Shown here in pieces: positions 10,062 through 21,056 of a stretch of DNA of 64,000 bases. The notes below the pieces were generated by a model. It was not told the DNA's origin and did not search any database. It saw nothing but the letters and a program-made list of their open reading frames with translations. Position 1 is the first letter of the stretch; each line of letters starts with the position of its first letter. The translations under genes and the position numbers were made by a program. The stretch spans positions 62,001 through 126,000 of the IMG/VR virus record IMGVR_UViG_3300035703_000005; one strand, written 5' to 3'.

Positions 10062-10803
10062 AAGTCATCTAGCATACTGTTCGATAATGAATAATACTTC
10101 ATTTAAATATCTATCTGCAACTTCTTTTAAGTAATGGTCTGTCTGTTCATTATACAAATCATTTTTTAATTTCAAAACTCTAATTTTCATTTCTTGTTTT
10201 GTTAATGCATTTCTTGGCATAATAATTCTGCGACAACATATTTATAAATTATCGTGCGAGAATTTTTTACCGGAAAAATTTTTGGGGTAGAAAGGTAATT
10301 AGAAACTAGTTTTGATTTTTAATTTTACAAGCACCTCTTCCCCAACCACGACTTACACTGCTAATATAGGAACAAATCTTTCCGGATTGTCCACAATACG
10401 GGCACTTGGCATCTGGCGGATCGTTTGCATAAGGATTGTATTGTTCTTTCTTGGGTTTTCTTGCATTCTCCGTTTGTTTATGTTTACGATGATTCATACT
10501 CTCACAGGTTCTGCTTGACTCTCCGGCAACTTGATCTGAGGTAGTTTCTCAGGTTCACGAACTTCCCAAGAACCACCCACACCACCATCCATATTGACCA
10601 CGATTTCATTGGTCGGTAGTGACTTTTGGATCTCAATGTCAATCACTGGACTCATCAGTAATTTATTTTTTACAATTTCACGATTTTGTGCATCTAAATG
10701 CAACATCATTCTTGCATCTTCAAAGTCTCCACAATCACAAATCTTTTTCCAAGTTCTTTTTTCCCTTACAGTATAATACACGTCATTATACTTTTTCATT
10801 GTG

Positions 10804-11571
10804 TTATTTGACATTGTTAGTAAATGAGTTATCAATAATAGTTTTTATATGTTCTAAATTTTCGTCTTTATTTTCATAAATCATAAGAAGTTCATTGAAT
10901 GATTTATTAGTCAAATTCGGTAAGGTTGAATATTTTTCTTTCAAACTTAAATAAATTTTATATCTAGTATCAGAAATATTTTTATTTTCTAATGCACCAA
11001 TATGAATTGGATTCATACAAATTTCTTCCAATCCCCTAAACCAAAGATTTTTATGTTTTATATTATAACAAGTTTGTTTAGTATTTTTCAAAAAAGGTGC
11101 AATTATATTAGATAGTATTCCTTTAAAATTTCCATCATTATAATGATCTAAAAATAATGTATCACATGATCCTAAGTATTGAGAGGCATCACAGTGAATA
11201 ATTTCAACATGTTCAACAAATGGAGTCTTATTAACTTTGTGATATTCTATAAGATCTAAATTATTTTCTAAAATAGTTAATTTTGATACATTTTTATTTT
11301 TAAGAAGTAATGTTTCTCTTATTCCTAATCCCAATCCACTACAAATACAGTGTCCCGAAGCAAAATAAAAAAAAGGTAATGCTTCAAAAAAAACTCTCAT
11401 TGTTGTTGAGTCATCAGACATTATCCATTTTTTTCCGATGTATAATGAAATAATATTTGATAATATTATTTTATCGTTTCCAGTTTTAAAAAATGGATGA
11501 GTAAAATTCATTTTACTCATAATATCTAATCTAATATCAAAAGAATTTGTTAAATCATTTTCTTGATACAT
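10804..11571 (-). CDS. SAM-dependent methyltransferase/spermidine-synthase-like fold
   Basis: GLGLG, ILE, IIHCDA, LFLDH. Confidence 0.6.
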   Translation of the reverse strand: MYQENDLTNSFDIRLDIMSKMNFTHPFFKTGNDKIILSNIISLYIGKKWIMSDDSTTMRVFFEALPFFYFASGHCICSGLGLGIRETLLLKNKNVSKLTILENNLDLIEYHKVNKTPFVEHVEIIHCDASQYLGSCDTLFLDHYNDGNFKGILSNIIAPFLKNTKQTCYNIKHKNLWFRGLEEICMNPIHIGALENKNISDTRYKIYLSLKEKYSTLPNLTNKSFNELLMIYENKDENLEHIKTIIDNSFTNNVK

Positions 11572-11890
11572 GTTATTTAAAACCTTTATCTTTTTTTGAG
11601 ATACGAATAGAACGATCTAATACTTCTACATAATTCAAAAACTGTCCTGGAGTTTCCCACCAAGTTCTTCTTAAATCTTCATAGTTATCAAATATAATAG
11701 ATTTTCCACTGGAAAAAATTAATTTATAATCATGTCGATCATAAGGTTTATTACAAGTTTGTTCAAAGTCCTTTGGTAGGTTCATGATTTTTTTCTTTAT
11801 TATACTCTTTTTTTATAGGTTTGTAAAGTTGAGGCCAAGTATCTCTAATAATATTAGCGAGTTTATGTGGTGTTTCTGAACTAATCATAA

Positions 11891-12451
11891 TTATTTTTCT
11901 ATATACTCCGATAATATTTCTAATGCATCATCCCACAAAACTCTAGTTTTATCAAAATAAAAAAGAGCCAAAGTGATTGAAAATCTCGATTCATTTGTTG
12001 GATTATGTGAACTGTGTAATGGACCTACATTAACTAAACTTGAAGTTCCAATTTCCACTTCATATTCCAATGAAGAATCTTGAGGTTCTGAAATTAATAT
12101 TTTTCCATATCCAGTATCATGATTTATAAACTTTTCTGATGTCCACCACCTCATGGTACTTCCTTTTGCTCCATATTGAAAAATAATTTTTGCCCAATTT
12201 TCGTAATTACTATTATCGGAATGAATAAGACTATCACTATTTGAATCTGTATGAAAAACTTGTATCCAGTTGCTTGTCAAATTATGACTATGAAGAAATT
12301 CAACTAATTTTGGATTATTTAATTGTTCCAATCCAAGAGTTTTAAAATTATGCCATTCCCATGTATTTGAAAACCATTTAGAAAAATCTACTTTAGGTGA
12401 GTATTCTTCCGTAAGTTTCAAGTATCTATGGTATTTGTTAATATTTTTCAT
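11891..12451 (-). CDS. cupin/2OG-Fe(II)-like protein
   Basis: IHSD...GPLHSSHN...R; putative HxD...H triad. Confidence 0.5.
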   Translation of the reverse strand: MKNINKYHRYLKLTEEYSPKVDFSKWFSNTWEWHNFKTLGLEQLNNPKLVEFLHSHNLTSNWIQVFHTDSNSDSLIHSDNSNYENWAKIIFQYGAKGSTMRWWTSEKFINHDTGYGKILISEPQDSSLEYEVEIGTSSLVNVGPLHSSHNPTNESRFSITLALFYFDKTRVLWDDALEILSEYIEK

Positions 12452-12513
12452 ACAAATAAGTTAAAATTATTTTCAATAAAAATAAATTTTAGTATAATAT
12501 ATTTAATCATAAT

Positions 12514-12535
12514 AAAAAAAGACCCTTTCGGGTCT
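12514..12535 (-). terminator. intrinsic terminator after psbD
   Basis: AGACCC-GAAA-GGGTCT followed by a T run. Confidence 0.75.
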
Positions 12536-12541
12536 ACAAAA

Positions 12542-13603
12542 TCAAAGAGCGTTACCTCTTGGCAAGACCTCCTCAGGAAACACAAAGTTCTCGTGAGGTT
12601 GATCAGTGGGTGCCATCCAGGCACGAAGACCTTCATTCAGAAGGATATTTTTCGTGTAGAACGTTTCAAACTCCGGATCTTCTGCTGCACGAATTTCCTG
12701 TGATACGAAATCGTATGCTCGAAGGTTAAGAGCCAACCCAATAATTCCAATACTAGATGTCCACAGACCCATAACAGGTACAAACAACATAAAGAAATGG
12801 AGCCAACGCTTATTACTAAAAGCGATACCAAAAATTTGAGACCAATACCTATTCGCTGTAACCATTGAATAGGTTTCCTCTTCTTGAGTGGGTTCAAATG
12901 CCTTAAAAGTATTTGATTTTTCCCCATCTTCGTAGAGGGTGTTTTCAACTGTTGCACCATGAATAGCACAGAGTAGAGCACCTCCTAGTATACCAGCAAC
13001 TCCCATCATATGGAAGGGGTTGAGGGTCCAGTTGTGGAAACCCTGAAGGAACAGAAGGAACCTGAAGATTGCTGCAACACCAAAGGATGGAGCGAAGAAC
13101 CAACTGGATTGACCCAGAGGGTACATCAAGAATACAGAAACAAATACTGCAATAGGACCAGAGAATGCAATTGCATTATAAGGACGAATGCCAACTAATC
13201 TAGCAATCTCAAACTGGCGAAGCATGAATCCAATCAGAGCGAAAGCTCCGTGGAGCGCCACAAAAGGCCAGAGTCCCCCAAGTTGGACCCAGCGGACGAA
13301 ATCCCCTTGAGACTCAGGACCCCAAAGTAGAAGAAGAGAATGACCCATAGCGTCAGCAGGCGTTGACACAGCTGCCGTGAGAAAATTAGCCCCTTCAAGG
13401 TAACTAGACGCCAACCCGTGGGTGTACCAACTTGTAACAAACGTTGTGCCAGTAAGCCAGCCACCAAGGGCCAAATAAGCAGTGGGAAAAAGAAGTAATC
13501 CAGACCAACCCACAAAGACAAAGCGATCTCGTTTAAGCCAGTCATCCAAGACATCAAACCATCCTCTCTGCGAAGTTTGTTGTGAAAGTGTAGAAGATAC
13601 CAT
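12542..13603 (-). CDS. psbD: photosystem II D2 protein
   Basis: Full-length D2, [14 protein letters not shown]...[10 protein letters not shown]. Confidence 0.99.
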   Translation of the reverse strand: MVSSTLSQQTSQRGWFDVLDDWLKRDRFVFVGWSGLLLFPTAYLALGGWLTGTTFVTSWYTHGLASSYLEGANFLTAAVSTPADAMGHSLLLLWGPESQGDFVRWVQLGGLWPFVALHGAFALIGFMLRQFEIARLVGIRPYNAIAFSGPIAVFVSVFLMYPLGQSSWFFAPSFGVAAIFRFLLFLQGFHNWTLNPFHMMGVAGILGGALLCAIHGATVENTLYEDGEKSNTFKAFEPTQEEETYSMVTANRYWSQIFGIAFSNKRWLHFFMLFVPVMGLWTSSIGIIGLALNLRAYDFVSQEIRAAEDPEFETFYTKNILLNEGLRAWMAPTDQPHENFVFPEEVLPRGNAL

Positions 13604-13606
13604 AGT

Positions 13607-13792
13607 TTACTTTACCTTACCGTAGATTGAAGTGTCACCATAGTCACGGTGAGTTTTATAACCAACCACAGCACCTTTGGTATTCATCAGTGCAGGCATA
13701 AAAACAATTGTGAAGAATACTGATGGTGCTCCGATAATAAGTGCTCCCGCAATAACATAACCAATTAAGATTTCAACGATTGTGTGATCCAT
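13607..13792 (-). CDS. small membrane protein
   Basis: Hydrophobic N-half; stop lies 3 nt before the psbD start. Confidence 0.55.
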   Translation of the reverse strand: MDHTIVEILIGYVIAGALIIGAPSVFFTIVFMPALMNTKGAVVGYKTHRDYGDTSIYGKVK

Positions 13793-13870
13793 AATTTTTT
13801 CAATCTTTCATTAAGATTTGTAATATTTATGTTACCATATCTTAACAAAGAAGTCAATGAGTGTTCCTAC

Positions 13871-14419
13871 TCAATTCAAAAGTCCCTTAAGGAGATGAGT
13901 GGCTTCTGAAAATCTATCAACATAGTGAATGAGTTTGATTTCTTCATTACTCATAAATCCATTATCTAACATTTCTTCTTCAATCCAATGTTTGAATGTT
14001 CTCCACATTCTGCCAACACAAATGATTGGTTTTTTGTCCATATGATCTACCTGAACCAACTGATAAATCAATGCCATTTCTAGAAGTGTACCAATACCAC
14101 CGGGAGTAACTATAAAAGCATCGCAATCCGTGAAAGTCTTTAGACGAGAATAAAAAGTTTTATGTTTCTCATATTCCTGGACATAAGGATTTACATCTTC
14201 TTCAAAGGGTAGGTAGATCGCCTGTGCGATAGAACAAAGTTTTTCATCACCACAGACACTCATCGCACCCTTATTCGCTGCCTCCATCGTTCCAGGCCCT
14301 CCGCCAGTGACCACAATCCATCCTTGTTCCGCGATATTGCGTCCGAGTTTCTCCACGGCATTATAGAGACCAGAATCGGGTTTGGTACGAGCAGATCCAA
14401 AAATTGCTACTTTCTTCAT
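13871..14419 (-). CDS. LOG-family nucleotide phosphoribohydrolase
   Basis: FGSAR, TGGGPGTMEAANKGA, PGGIGTLLE. Confidence 0.9.
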   Translation of the reverse strand: MKKVAIFGSARTKPDSGLYNAVEKLGRNIAEQGWIVVTGGGPGTMEAANKGAMSVCGDEKLCSIAQAIYLPFEEDVNPYVQEYEKHKTFYSRLKTFTDCDAFIVTPGGIGTLLEMALIYQLVQVDHMDKKPIICVGRMWRTFKHWIEEEMLDNGFMSNEEIKLIHYVDRFSEATHLLKGLLN

Positions 14420-14574
14420 ATTTTTTTGTATAAACCATTAATAGTTATAATTATCCCCAATAGATTAAACTGAGAGTGAATATAACAAATATAAGAACTG
14501 TAAATATCATAATTCCCACTCCTGCCCATATAACCCAGGGCTCCATAGGTTCGTGTTGTGGTTTATGAGACATA

Positions 14575-15282
14575 TTATTGATGCTTTTGTATAAAATTAA
14601 TAACTTCTTGAGTTGGTAAAGTATCTATAAAGTGTTCGGTCATTCCACGACCCATACTCATTTCATTTAATGGTGCCTTATATTGTGAAAACTCTTTAAG
14701 AACTTTCTTTTCCAAGTTCCAAATATCTATGGATTTCCCAGACCATTCACCAAGAAGTTCTGCTGTTTCTTTTTTACGATACAACCAACCTTTATAAGAC
14801 CTACCAACTTTATATTTTCCATTATGGAGTTTTATAAAATAAAGTTTATCTGGACGGTCAGGTTCCTTACAAATCCAACCAACTGATTGTGGAAAAGGTT
14901 TTCCTTTTTTTGGACTTGGTTTACCAGTGTTTGCTCTTTTGGTTGCTTCTATTGACTTTTGAGAGCAAGTCTTTCCATAATTTGGATTATTTTCTCCACT
15001 ATAACTTCTCCTCTTACTCAATACTCTTTTATAAAAATCGGGTGTTTGTGCGGGGTTTCCATAATCATTTTTAATTCTTATCTTAACATTATTTTTTTCT
15101 AAAGATTTTTTTATCCAGACCAATCCACATCCAAGAATAGATTTTATCTCTTTCATAGTTTTACCTTCTTGGTAAAGAGATACTATTTTTTCTGGTGGAT
15201 ATTTTTCTATAAGTTTTTTCTCTCTTTCTTCATTTAGTTTAGAAAGGGCATCTATACATTTTTTACTTGTTCCTCTACCCAT
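14575..15282 (-). mobile_element. free-standing homing endonuclease (NUMOD-type DNA-binding motifs, GIY-YIG-like C-terminus)
   Basis: SGENNPNYGK; LYFIK...YKVGRS...E...TEHF; own late promoter; directly downstream of psbA. Confidence 0.7.
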
Positions 15283-15312
15283 TTACAATAACCTCTATTC
15301 CAAACTCATTAC

Positions 15313-15320
15313 TATTTATA
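15313..15320 (-). promoter_or_regulatory. T4-type late promoter TATAAATA
   Basis: Exact match about 30 nt upstream of the endonuclease. Confidence 0.75.
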
Positions 15321-15345
15321 AAAAAAGAGACCCAGAGGGTCTCTT
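15320..15345 (-). terminator. intrinsic terminator after psbA
   Basis: AAGAGACCC...GGGTCTCTT followed by a T run. Confidence 0.7.
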
Positions 15346-15359
15346 AATTATATCACATC

Positions 15360-15447
15360 TTAACCAATTGTGGGAGCAGTGAGAGCAACAGGAGTTGCTT
15401 CTGCTGCAGCAAGGTCAAGAGGGAAGTTGTGGGCGTTTCTTTCATGC
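15360..15447 (-). CDS. psbA: psbA exon 2 (D1 C-terminus)
   Basis: G|CAT GAA AGA... reads HERNAHNFPLDLAAAEATPVALTAPTIG*. Confidence 0.95.
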
Positions 15448-15701
15448 CGTTATTGTTATCGTAAAGACTCTTTATTCTTTACTTCTCTATGTCACCATAG
15501 AGTCCAGACTATCTCTTCATCCGTTCTGGATGCTGGGCATTCGTGGGTAGATTATTGTTGGAACTCACTACCTAGTCGTTAGACCTGCCGAAGAACCTAT
15601 GTCCTCTTCGGATTGGTACGGGATTGTCTACTTGAGAGTTTCCCCGTTTAACCCAGTTTCGTCAAGGAATATTCCTATTCCAGGGTGACTACATTTAAGA
15701 A
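15448..15701 (-). mobile_element. ORF-less group I intron (254 nt) inside the Met331 codon of psbA
   Basis: 5' exon ends in U, intron ends in G; P1 GUGAU/GUCAC with a U.G pair; R (ACGACUA) and S (AAGAGAUAGUC) elements; splicing restores ATG CAT. Confidence 0.92.
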
Positions 15702-16693
15702 ATCACTTCCATGCCGAGTCCAGCACGGTTCAGGACATCTGCCCAAGTATTGAGGACACGACCTTGACTATCCAGAATACTCTGATTGAAATTCAGTCCG
15801 TTGAGATTAAAAGCCATCGTAGAAACACCAAGAGCGGTGAACCAGATACCTACAACAGGCCAAGCGGCGAGGAAGAAGTGCAGCGAACGAGAGTTGTTGA
15901 ACGAAGCGTATTGGAAGATAAGACGACCAAAGTAACCGTGTGCAGCAACAATGTTGTAGGTCTCTTCTTCTTGACCGAACTTGTAACCATAGTTCTGAGA
16001 TTCGTTCTCAGTGGTCTCACGGACTAGCGAAGACGTGACCAAACTTCCGTGCATAGCACTAAAGAGAGAGCCACCAAATACCCCAGCAACCCCAAGCATA
16101 TGGAACGGATGCATAAGAATATTGTGTTCTGCTTGGAAGACGAGCATGTAATTAAACGTTCCCGAGATTCCAAGAGGCATTCCATCAGAGAAGGAACCTT
16201 GACCGAAAGGATAAACAAGGAACACCGCAGAAGCAGCAGCAACAGGAGCGGAGTAAGCAACACAGATCCAAGGACGCATACCAAGACGGTAGGAAAGTTC
16301 CCACTCACGACCCATGTAGCAGAAGATGCCGATGAGGAAGTGGAAAACAACGAGTTGGTAAGGACCACCATTGTAGAGCCATTCATCTAGAGACGCAGCC
16401 TCCCAAATAGGATAAAAGTGCAAGCCGATGGCGTTGCTTGAAGGAACTACAGCACCAGAAATGATGTTGTTTCCGTACATGAGTGAACCAGCAACTGGTT
16501 CGCGGATGCCGTCAATGTCTACAGGAGGTGCAGCAATGAAGGCGACGATGAAACATACAGTAGCAGCAAGCAGTGTAGGAATCATCAGAGTACCGAACCA
16601 ACCAACATAAAGGCGGTTGTTCGTTGAAGTAACCCACTCGCAGAATTGTTCCCAAGTGGAAGAAGATCGTTGTTGAGCAATTGAAGCAGTCAT
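15702..16693 (-). CDS. psbA: psbA exon 1 (photosystem II D1; 359 aa spliced; Glu130 type)
   Basis: Canonical D1 sequence up to LGMEV. Confidence 0.99.
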
Positions 16694-16699
16694 TTGTTT

Positions 16700-16820
16700 T
16701 AAAAGGGTAAGTATAAGTCCAGGGGGTTCTGGATGTTACAGTATTCCCCACAACACCCTCCATTGTGGGTATGAGAGACGTAATTTATACACCCTAGAGG
16801 TCTCGGTTTACGGGGTGTTA
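16700..16820 (-). ncRNA. structured psbA leader, PhotoRC-II-like
   Basis: AAACCGAGACC...CGTCTCTCATA plus paired segments upstream of psbA; recognised from memory. Confidence 0.6.
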
Positions 16821-16904
16821 CAAAGATTAAGAATTATGAGGAATCCTTAACATTTGTTTACCTATTTATCATACCACTGCTATAAAACCCTGTCAAGAGC
16901 CCCC

Positions 16905-17753
16905 TTACCCCAATTCGGATTTTATTAATTTATATATTTTTTTTGCAGCATTAAAATTGTCTATTCGACCACGATGAATAAGATCTCTCGATTTATTACT
17001 TAAATTAAAATCATTAGATGAAAACAATTTATGACAAAAAATATTATAGTCTATTTTATTCACAAATTCACTCGTTAAATGATATGGTGTAAACTCCTTA
17101 TAGATTACGTCATTTTTCCACAAATTTCTAAACATTTTAATATGCATTAAATTTCGACAAATTGTATCAATTGACGAAAATTTTTCATCAGAATTCCAAT
17201 CACCATAATGAGTTATTTGATTTTTACCATAAATTTGATAACGGTTTAAGTTTGTCCAAACAGGTATTACAACTTTAGGCGTTGGATATTTGGAATCTTT
17301 TAGTATTAAACCATTATGTAAAACGGTTTGGATAGATGATCCTGCATATCCAAAATTAACCACTGGTCTACCAGAAATCTGTTCTAAAAAATAAGGAATG
17401 GTATGCGTATCATCAACACCGATTCCAAATACATGAGAGCACCCAAACATCACAATAGATTCTTTCCAATTAATTTTATAAAATTCTTCAGTCCGGTAAC
17501 CGTATGAATTTAATGTATAATTAACTGAATGTGTTCTATAATACCAATTCTCGGGTTGTGATTTTAAATTTATTTCAAATAATTCTTTTGTATCTGATGG
17601 AACAAATTGGAGAATATATTTTCCATTCTTCTTATAATCATTAACATTACATATGTTTAGTGTTAAATCACAATTACAAAAGTCATTATTAAAAATTCTT
17701 GAAAAAGTGTTATCACATTTTAACTGGTCAAAGCTAACAGATTCCTCTGTCAT
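16905..17753 (-). CDS. SGNH-like hypothetical protein, paralog of 19300..20181
   Basis: YTLNSYGYRT, FGCSHVFGIGV, NFGYAGSS, RDLIH. Confidence 0.6.
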   Translation of the reverse strand: MTEESVSFDQLKCDNTFSRIFNNDFCNCDLTLNICNVNDYKKNGKYILQFVPSDTKELFEINLKSQPENWYYRTHSVNYTLNSYGYRTEEFYKINWKESIVMFGCSHVFGIGVDDTHTIPYFLEQISGRPVVNFGYAGSSIQTVLHNGLILKDSKYPTPKVVIPVWTNLNRYQIYGKNQITHYGDWNSDEKFSSIDTICRNLMHIKMFRNLWKNDVIYKEFTPYHLTSEFVNKIDYNIFCHKLFSSNDFNLSNKSRDLIHRGRIDNFNAAKKIYKLIKSELG

Positions 17754-17863
17754 ATTTTATTTGTATATGAAAGGATCTTTAAAATCAAGAGCTTTTTTTA
17801 AAAGTGCATCTTGTCTTCTTGATTTTATCTTTAAAAAAATTTTTCTAATAAATTTAAACATTT

Positions 17864-19288
17864 TCAATTAAAAACCTTTACGCCATATTTATTTTCCCAT
17901 TCTTTACAATCTTTCTCATCATTCGCCATAGGTTTTCCTTTAATATTCAAACTAGTATTCAATAACATGGGACAACCAGTTTTTTCATTCCACAATTTCA
18001 AAAGATCATAAAGTTCTGTATTCTGCTGTCTATTTACGGTTTGAACTCTACTTGTCTTATCTATATGAACAATCGCAGGGAACTTTTTAGAGTATCTACA
18101 TTTCACTGCATACTGCATATATGGTGAAGAATTCGTAGGCATCCTAAAATAATCATGCACATATTCCTCCATAATTACAGGAGCAAATGGTCTGAACTGT
18201 TGTCTCTGTTTTATATCGTTGACCATTGACTTGATCTTTGGATCTCTAGGATCAGCAAGCAAACTACGATTACCTAATGCCCTAGGACCAAACTCTGCAC
18301 GACCTCTGGCGACCCCACAAAGACCATGATCCATCAAGTGATTAACAATTTCTTCGTTTGATGCAACTGGTTTAATATGATATCCAAGATAAGGTCCATG
18401 CCAATCAATATGTTTCTTTTTGTGTGCAAGCACAGCACCAATTGCAGATCCATTATCTCCAGGCGCAGGCATAATCCACACATTATCATAATAATAATAT
18501 GCAATTGGATTTGCAACACAATTCAATGCACATCCACCCATTAATACTAAATTTTTACTTTTTACTTTACTAGATGCCACTTGCATGATATCTCTAAACA
18601 TTGTTTCATAAATGCTTTGAGTTGCAGCGGCAATATTAAAAGTGTTTTTAATGTCTGGTCTCCAATCAGAACATCCTCTATGTAAATTTTTAGTAAATGT
18701 AGCCGTTCTATATCCTATAAAATCATCATAGATTGCATCTTCACAGACTCTTTTGTCCCCATAAGCAGACATGCCCATGAGAATATATTCTTCTTCATTT
18801 GGTTTTAGTCCACACCTTTGGGTCATTGCAGAGTACCAAAGTCCGACGCTGTGTGGATATCTACGTTGAAATTTAAGTTTTAGTTTATTACCTTTTGCTT
18901 CCCAGATTGTAAGTGTTTGAAATTCTCCTATAGCATCAATAACCACCACGCAACACTCGTCAAACTGACTGGTGAAATAACCAGCACAAGCATGAGTATA
19001 GTGATGATCATAATACTTGATCGGAGCATCAACATACTTCTTGACATTTTGAATCCATCCTTGACCTGCAAGAAGTTGTCTAAGTGTTTTCTTGTATGGA
19101 TTCTCATACCAACAGACCAGTTCTGGTTTTCCAAATTTTAATGCATAGTTAATTATGCCATCATTTAACTGAGGATCATTTTTGATACCACTAAATCTTT
19201 CACTTTCACTTGCAAAGACTAATGTATCATTAACAAATACGGAAAGTGCGGCATTATGACTTTCTGATGATATTCCCCAGGTTATCAT
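17864..19288 (-). CDS. carbamoyltransferase (NodU/CmcH family)
   Basis: SERFSGIKND, HHYTHA, GGCALN, EFGPRALGNRS, LLNTSLN. Confidence 0.95.
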   Translation of the reverse strand: MITWGISSESHNAALSVFVNDTLVFASESERFSGIKNDPQLNDGIINYALKFGKPELVCWYENPYKKTLRQLLAGQGWIQNVKKYVDAPIKYYDHHYTHACAGYFTSQFDECCVVVIDAIGEFQTLTIWEAKGNKLKLKFQRRYPHSVGLWYSAMTQRCGLKPNEEEYILMGMSAYGDKRVCEDAIYDDFIGYRTATFTKNLHRGCSDWRPDIKNTFNIAAATQSIYETMFRDIMQVASSKVKSKNLVLMGGCALNCVANPIAYYYYDNVWIMPAPGDNGSAIGAVLAHKKKHIDWHGPYLGYHIKPVASNEEIVNHLMDHGLCGVARGRAEFGPRALGNRSLLADPRDPKIKSMVNDIKQRQQFRPFAPVIMEEYVHDYFRMPTNSSPYMQYAVKCRYSKKFPAIVHIDKTSRVQTVNRQQNTELYDLLKLWNEKTGCPMLLNTSLNIKGKPMANDEKDCKEWENKYGVKVFN

Positions 19289-19299
19289 GTGTTTAACTT

Positions 19300-20181
19300 T
19301 TATACATTATAAGATTTTAAAATTTTTGCTAATTGTGAAGCAGCATGTTTATTTAAAATTTCTCCTGGATGATGCAAATCTCTTGCGGAAAAAAGTAACA
19401 TATTTTCCTTAGATAATTCTCGATGTCTATTCCAATCAATGTAATGAGTTTCACAATCGGGAAGTGTTTTTTTGATAAAATCAAATTCAAGTCGATTCCA
19501 AGAAAAATCAATGTATACTGTTTTATGTTTCCACATATTTTTTACAGATAACATTGAAGTCATATTTTGAATTGTAAAATCAAATTCATGTCTTTCAGAA
19601 TATTTTTCTTTGTACCAATTACCATAATGAATAACAGTATTTGGATAATATCCAGTATGTCTCGATAATCCACAATAACCATGTATTACAGCTCTAGGAG
19701 TTGGATAAAAACTTGATAAAATTGTGGAGTTATGTAAATGAAAATTATTTGATGATCCAGCAATACCCATATTAATGACTGGTATTCCCAGTTCTTGTTC
19801 TAAAAATGAGGTTACTGTATGTTTATTGTCTACTCCTACACCACAGACAAAAGAACATCCAAAAATTACTATCGAATTAGCCCAATCTATTTCATCAAAT
19901 TGTTTAGTTCGATATCCAAAAGAGTTTACAGTGTAATTTACAACTTTATCCTTATAACGCCAATTAGTATCTTTATATTTTTTAAGATTCTCAGAAAATG
20001 TAGTTGAATTATCTCCCGCATTAAATTTCCAAGTAGTATATCCACTTTTTTTTAATTCCGAAACAGATTTGTGCCTAAATTTATCATATAAATTATCCTC
20101 CTTATTTTCATTCATAAATGAAGGATCAGGTATGGGAATAAAGCATTTTTCTGTAAAAGATTCTATAATTCTTGAATACAT
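19300..20181 (-). CDS. SGNH-like hypothetical protein
   Basis: YTVNSFGYRT, FGCSFVCGVGV, NMGIAGSS, RDLHHPG. Confidence 0.6.
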   Translation of the reverse strand: MYSRIIESFTEKCFIPIPDPSFMNENKEDNLYDKFRHKSVSELKKSGYTTWKFNAGDNSTTFSENLKKYKDTNWRYKDKVVNYTVNSFGYRTKQFDEIDWANSIVIFGCSFVCGVGVDNKHTVTSFLEQELGIPVINMGIAGSSNNFHLHNSTILSSFYPTPRAVIHGYCGLSRHTGYYPNTVIHYGNWYKEKYSERHEFDFTIQNMTSMLSVKNMWKHKTVYIDFSWNRLEFDFIKKTLPDCETHYIDWNRHRELSKENMLLFSARDLHHPGEILNKHAASQLAKILKSYNV

Positions 20182-20227
20182 TTTTTAAACACATAAAAAA
20201 AGGAGGGGGCCCTCCTCAAAATATTTA

Positions 20228-20761
20228 TTAAACAATTACGGGAATTGTAGATTTTACATATGTAAGAACTTTTTCTGGAGTAGACCATTCATAAGGATCA
20301 GTGTCTGCATTATCGCGTTTGCCATCTTCCATGAAGAGTTGTTCAATCACTCCATCATTGATGATTGCTGCATAACGCCAAGAACGAAGAGCAAATCCAA
20401 GATTACGTTTCTGAACAAGCATATCCATACCCTGAGTAAATTCCCCATTTCCATCAGGAATCATTTTCACATTGGTAATCATTTGATCTTTAGCCCAAGC
20501 GTTCATAACAAAGGCATCATTGACAGACAAACAATAAATTTCATCAATACCAACTTCCCTAAATTCAAAGTACTTTTCTTCAAAACCCGGAAGTTGGTAC
20601 GCAGAACAGGTTGGAGTAAAAGCACCAGGAAGTGCAAACAGAACCACTTTTTTACCACCGAAAAGTTCATCAGTGGAACGAGTCACAAATTCACCATTCT
20701 CACGGAACATAAAGTCTACGGAAGGAATATTTACGATTTCTTCGGGAGCAAGTTGAGGCAT
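20228..20761 (-). CDS. peroxiredoxin (type II/Prx5)
   Basis: PGAFTPTCS, SVNDAFVM, RSWRYA. Confidence 0.95.
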   Translation of the reverse strand: MPQLAPEEIVNIPSVDFMFRENGEFVTRSTDELFGGKKVVLFALPGAFTPTCSAYQLPGFEEKYFEFREVGIDEIYCLSVNDAFVMNAWAKDQMITNVKMIPDGNGEFTQGMDMLVQKRNLGFALRSWRYAAIINDGVIEQLFMEDGKRDNADTDPYEWSTPEKVLTYVKSTIPVIV

Positions 20762-20765
20762 AATT

Positions 20766-21056
20766 TTAATTAATAGAATGTTGTTGTTTAAGTTCAGGGT
20801 TTGGTTGGGAAGGTACTACAGGATTCTTAGATTTGTTCTTAATCACAATGAACGCATCATTTTGATAAGAAACTGTTCCAAATGGTTTAGCCCATTTTGG
20901 ATTTGCATCTGGATGAGTTGCAGTTCCTGTTACCGCAACTCCACCGATTTCAACTGAAAGTTTATCACTAATATCCCAGGTTCCAGTTTCCAATAATGTT
21001 TGTAGGACAACATTAAGTTGACTTAACATATCTTGATGATTATGTTCTGTCACCAT
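20766..21056 (-). CDS. hypothetical phage protein
   Basis: Packed between hli and prx. Confidence 0.55.
   Translation of the reverse strand: MVTEHNHQDMLSQLNVVLQTLLETGTWDISDKLSVEIGGVAVTGTATHPDANPKWAKPFGTVSYQNDAFIVIKNKSKNPVVPSQPNPELKQQHSIN

Noticed and set aside
15695-16693. psbA as a truncated pseudogene
   Set aside because: The missing C-terminus is exon 2, beyond a canonical group I intron
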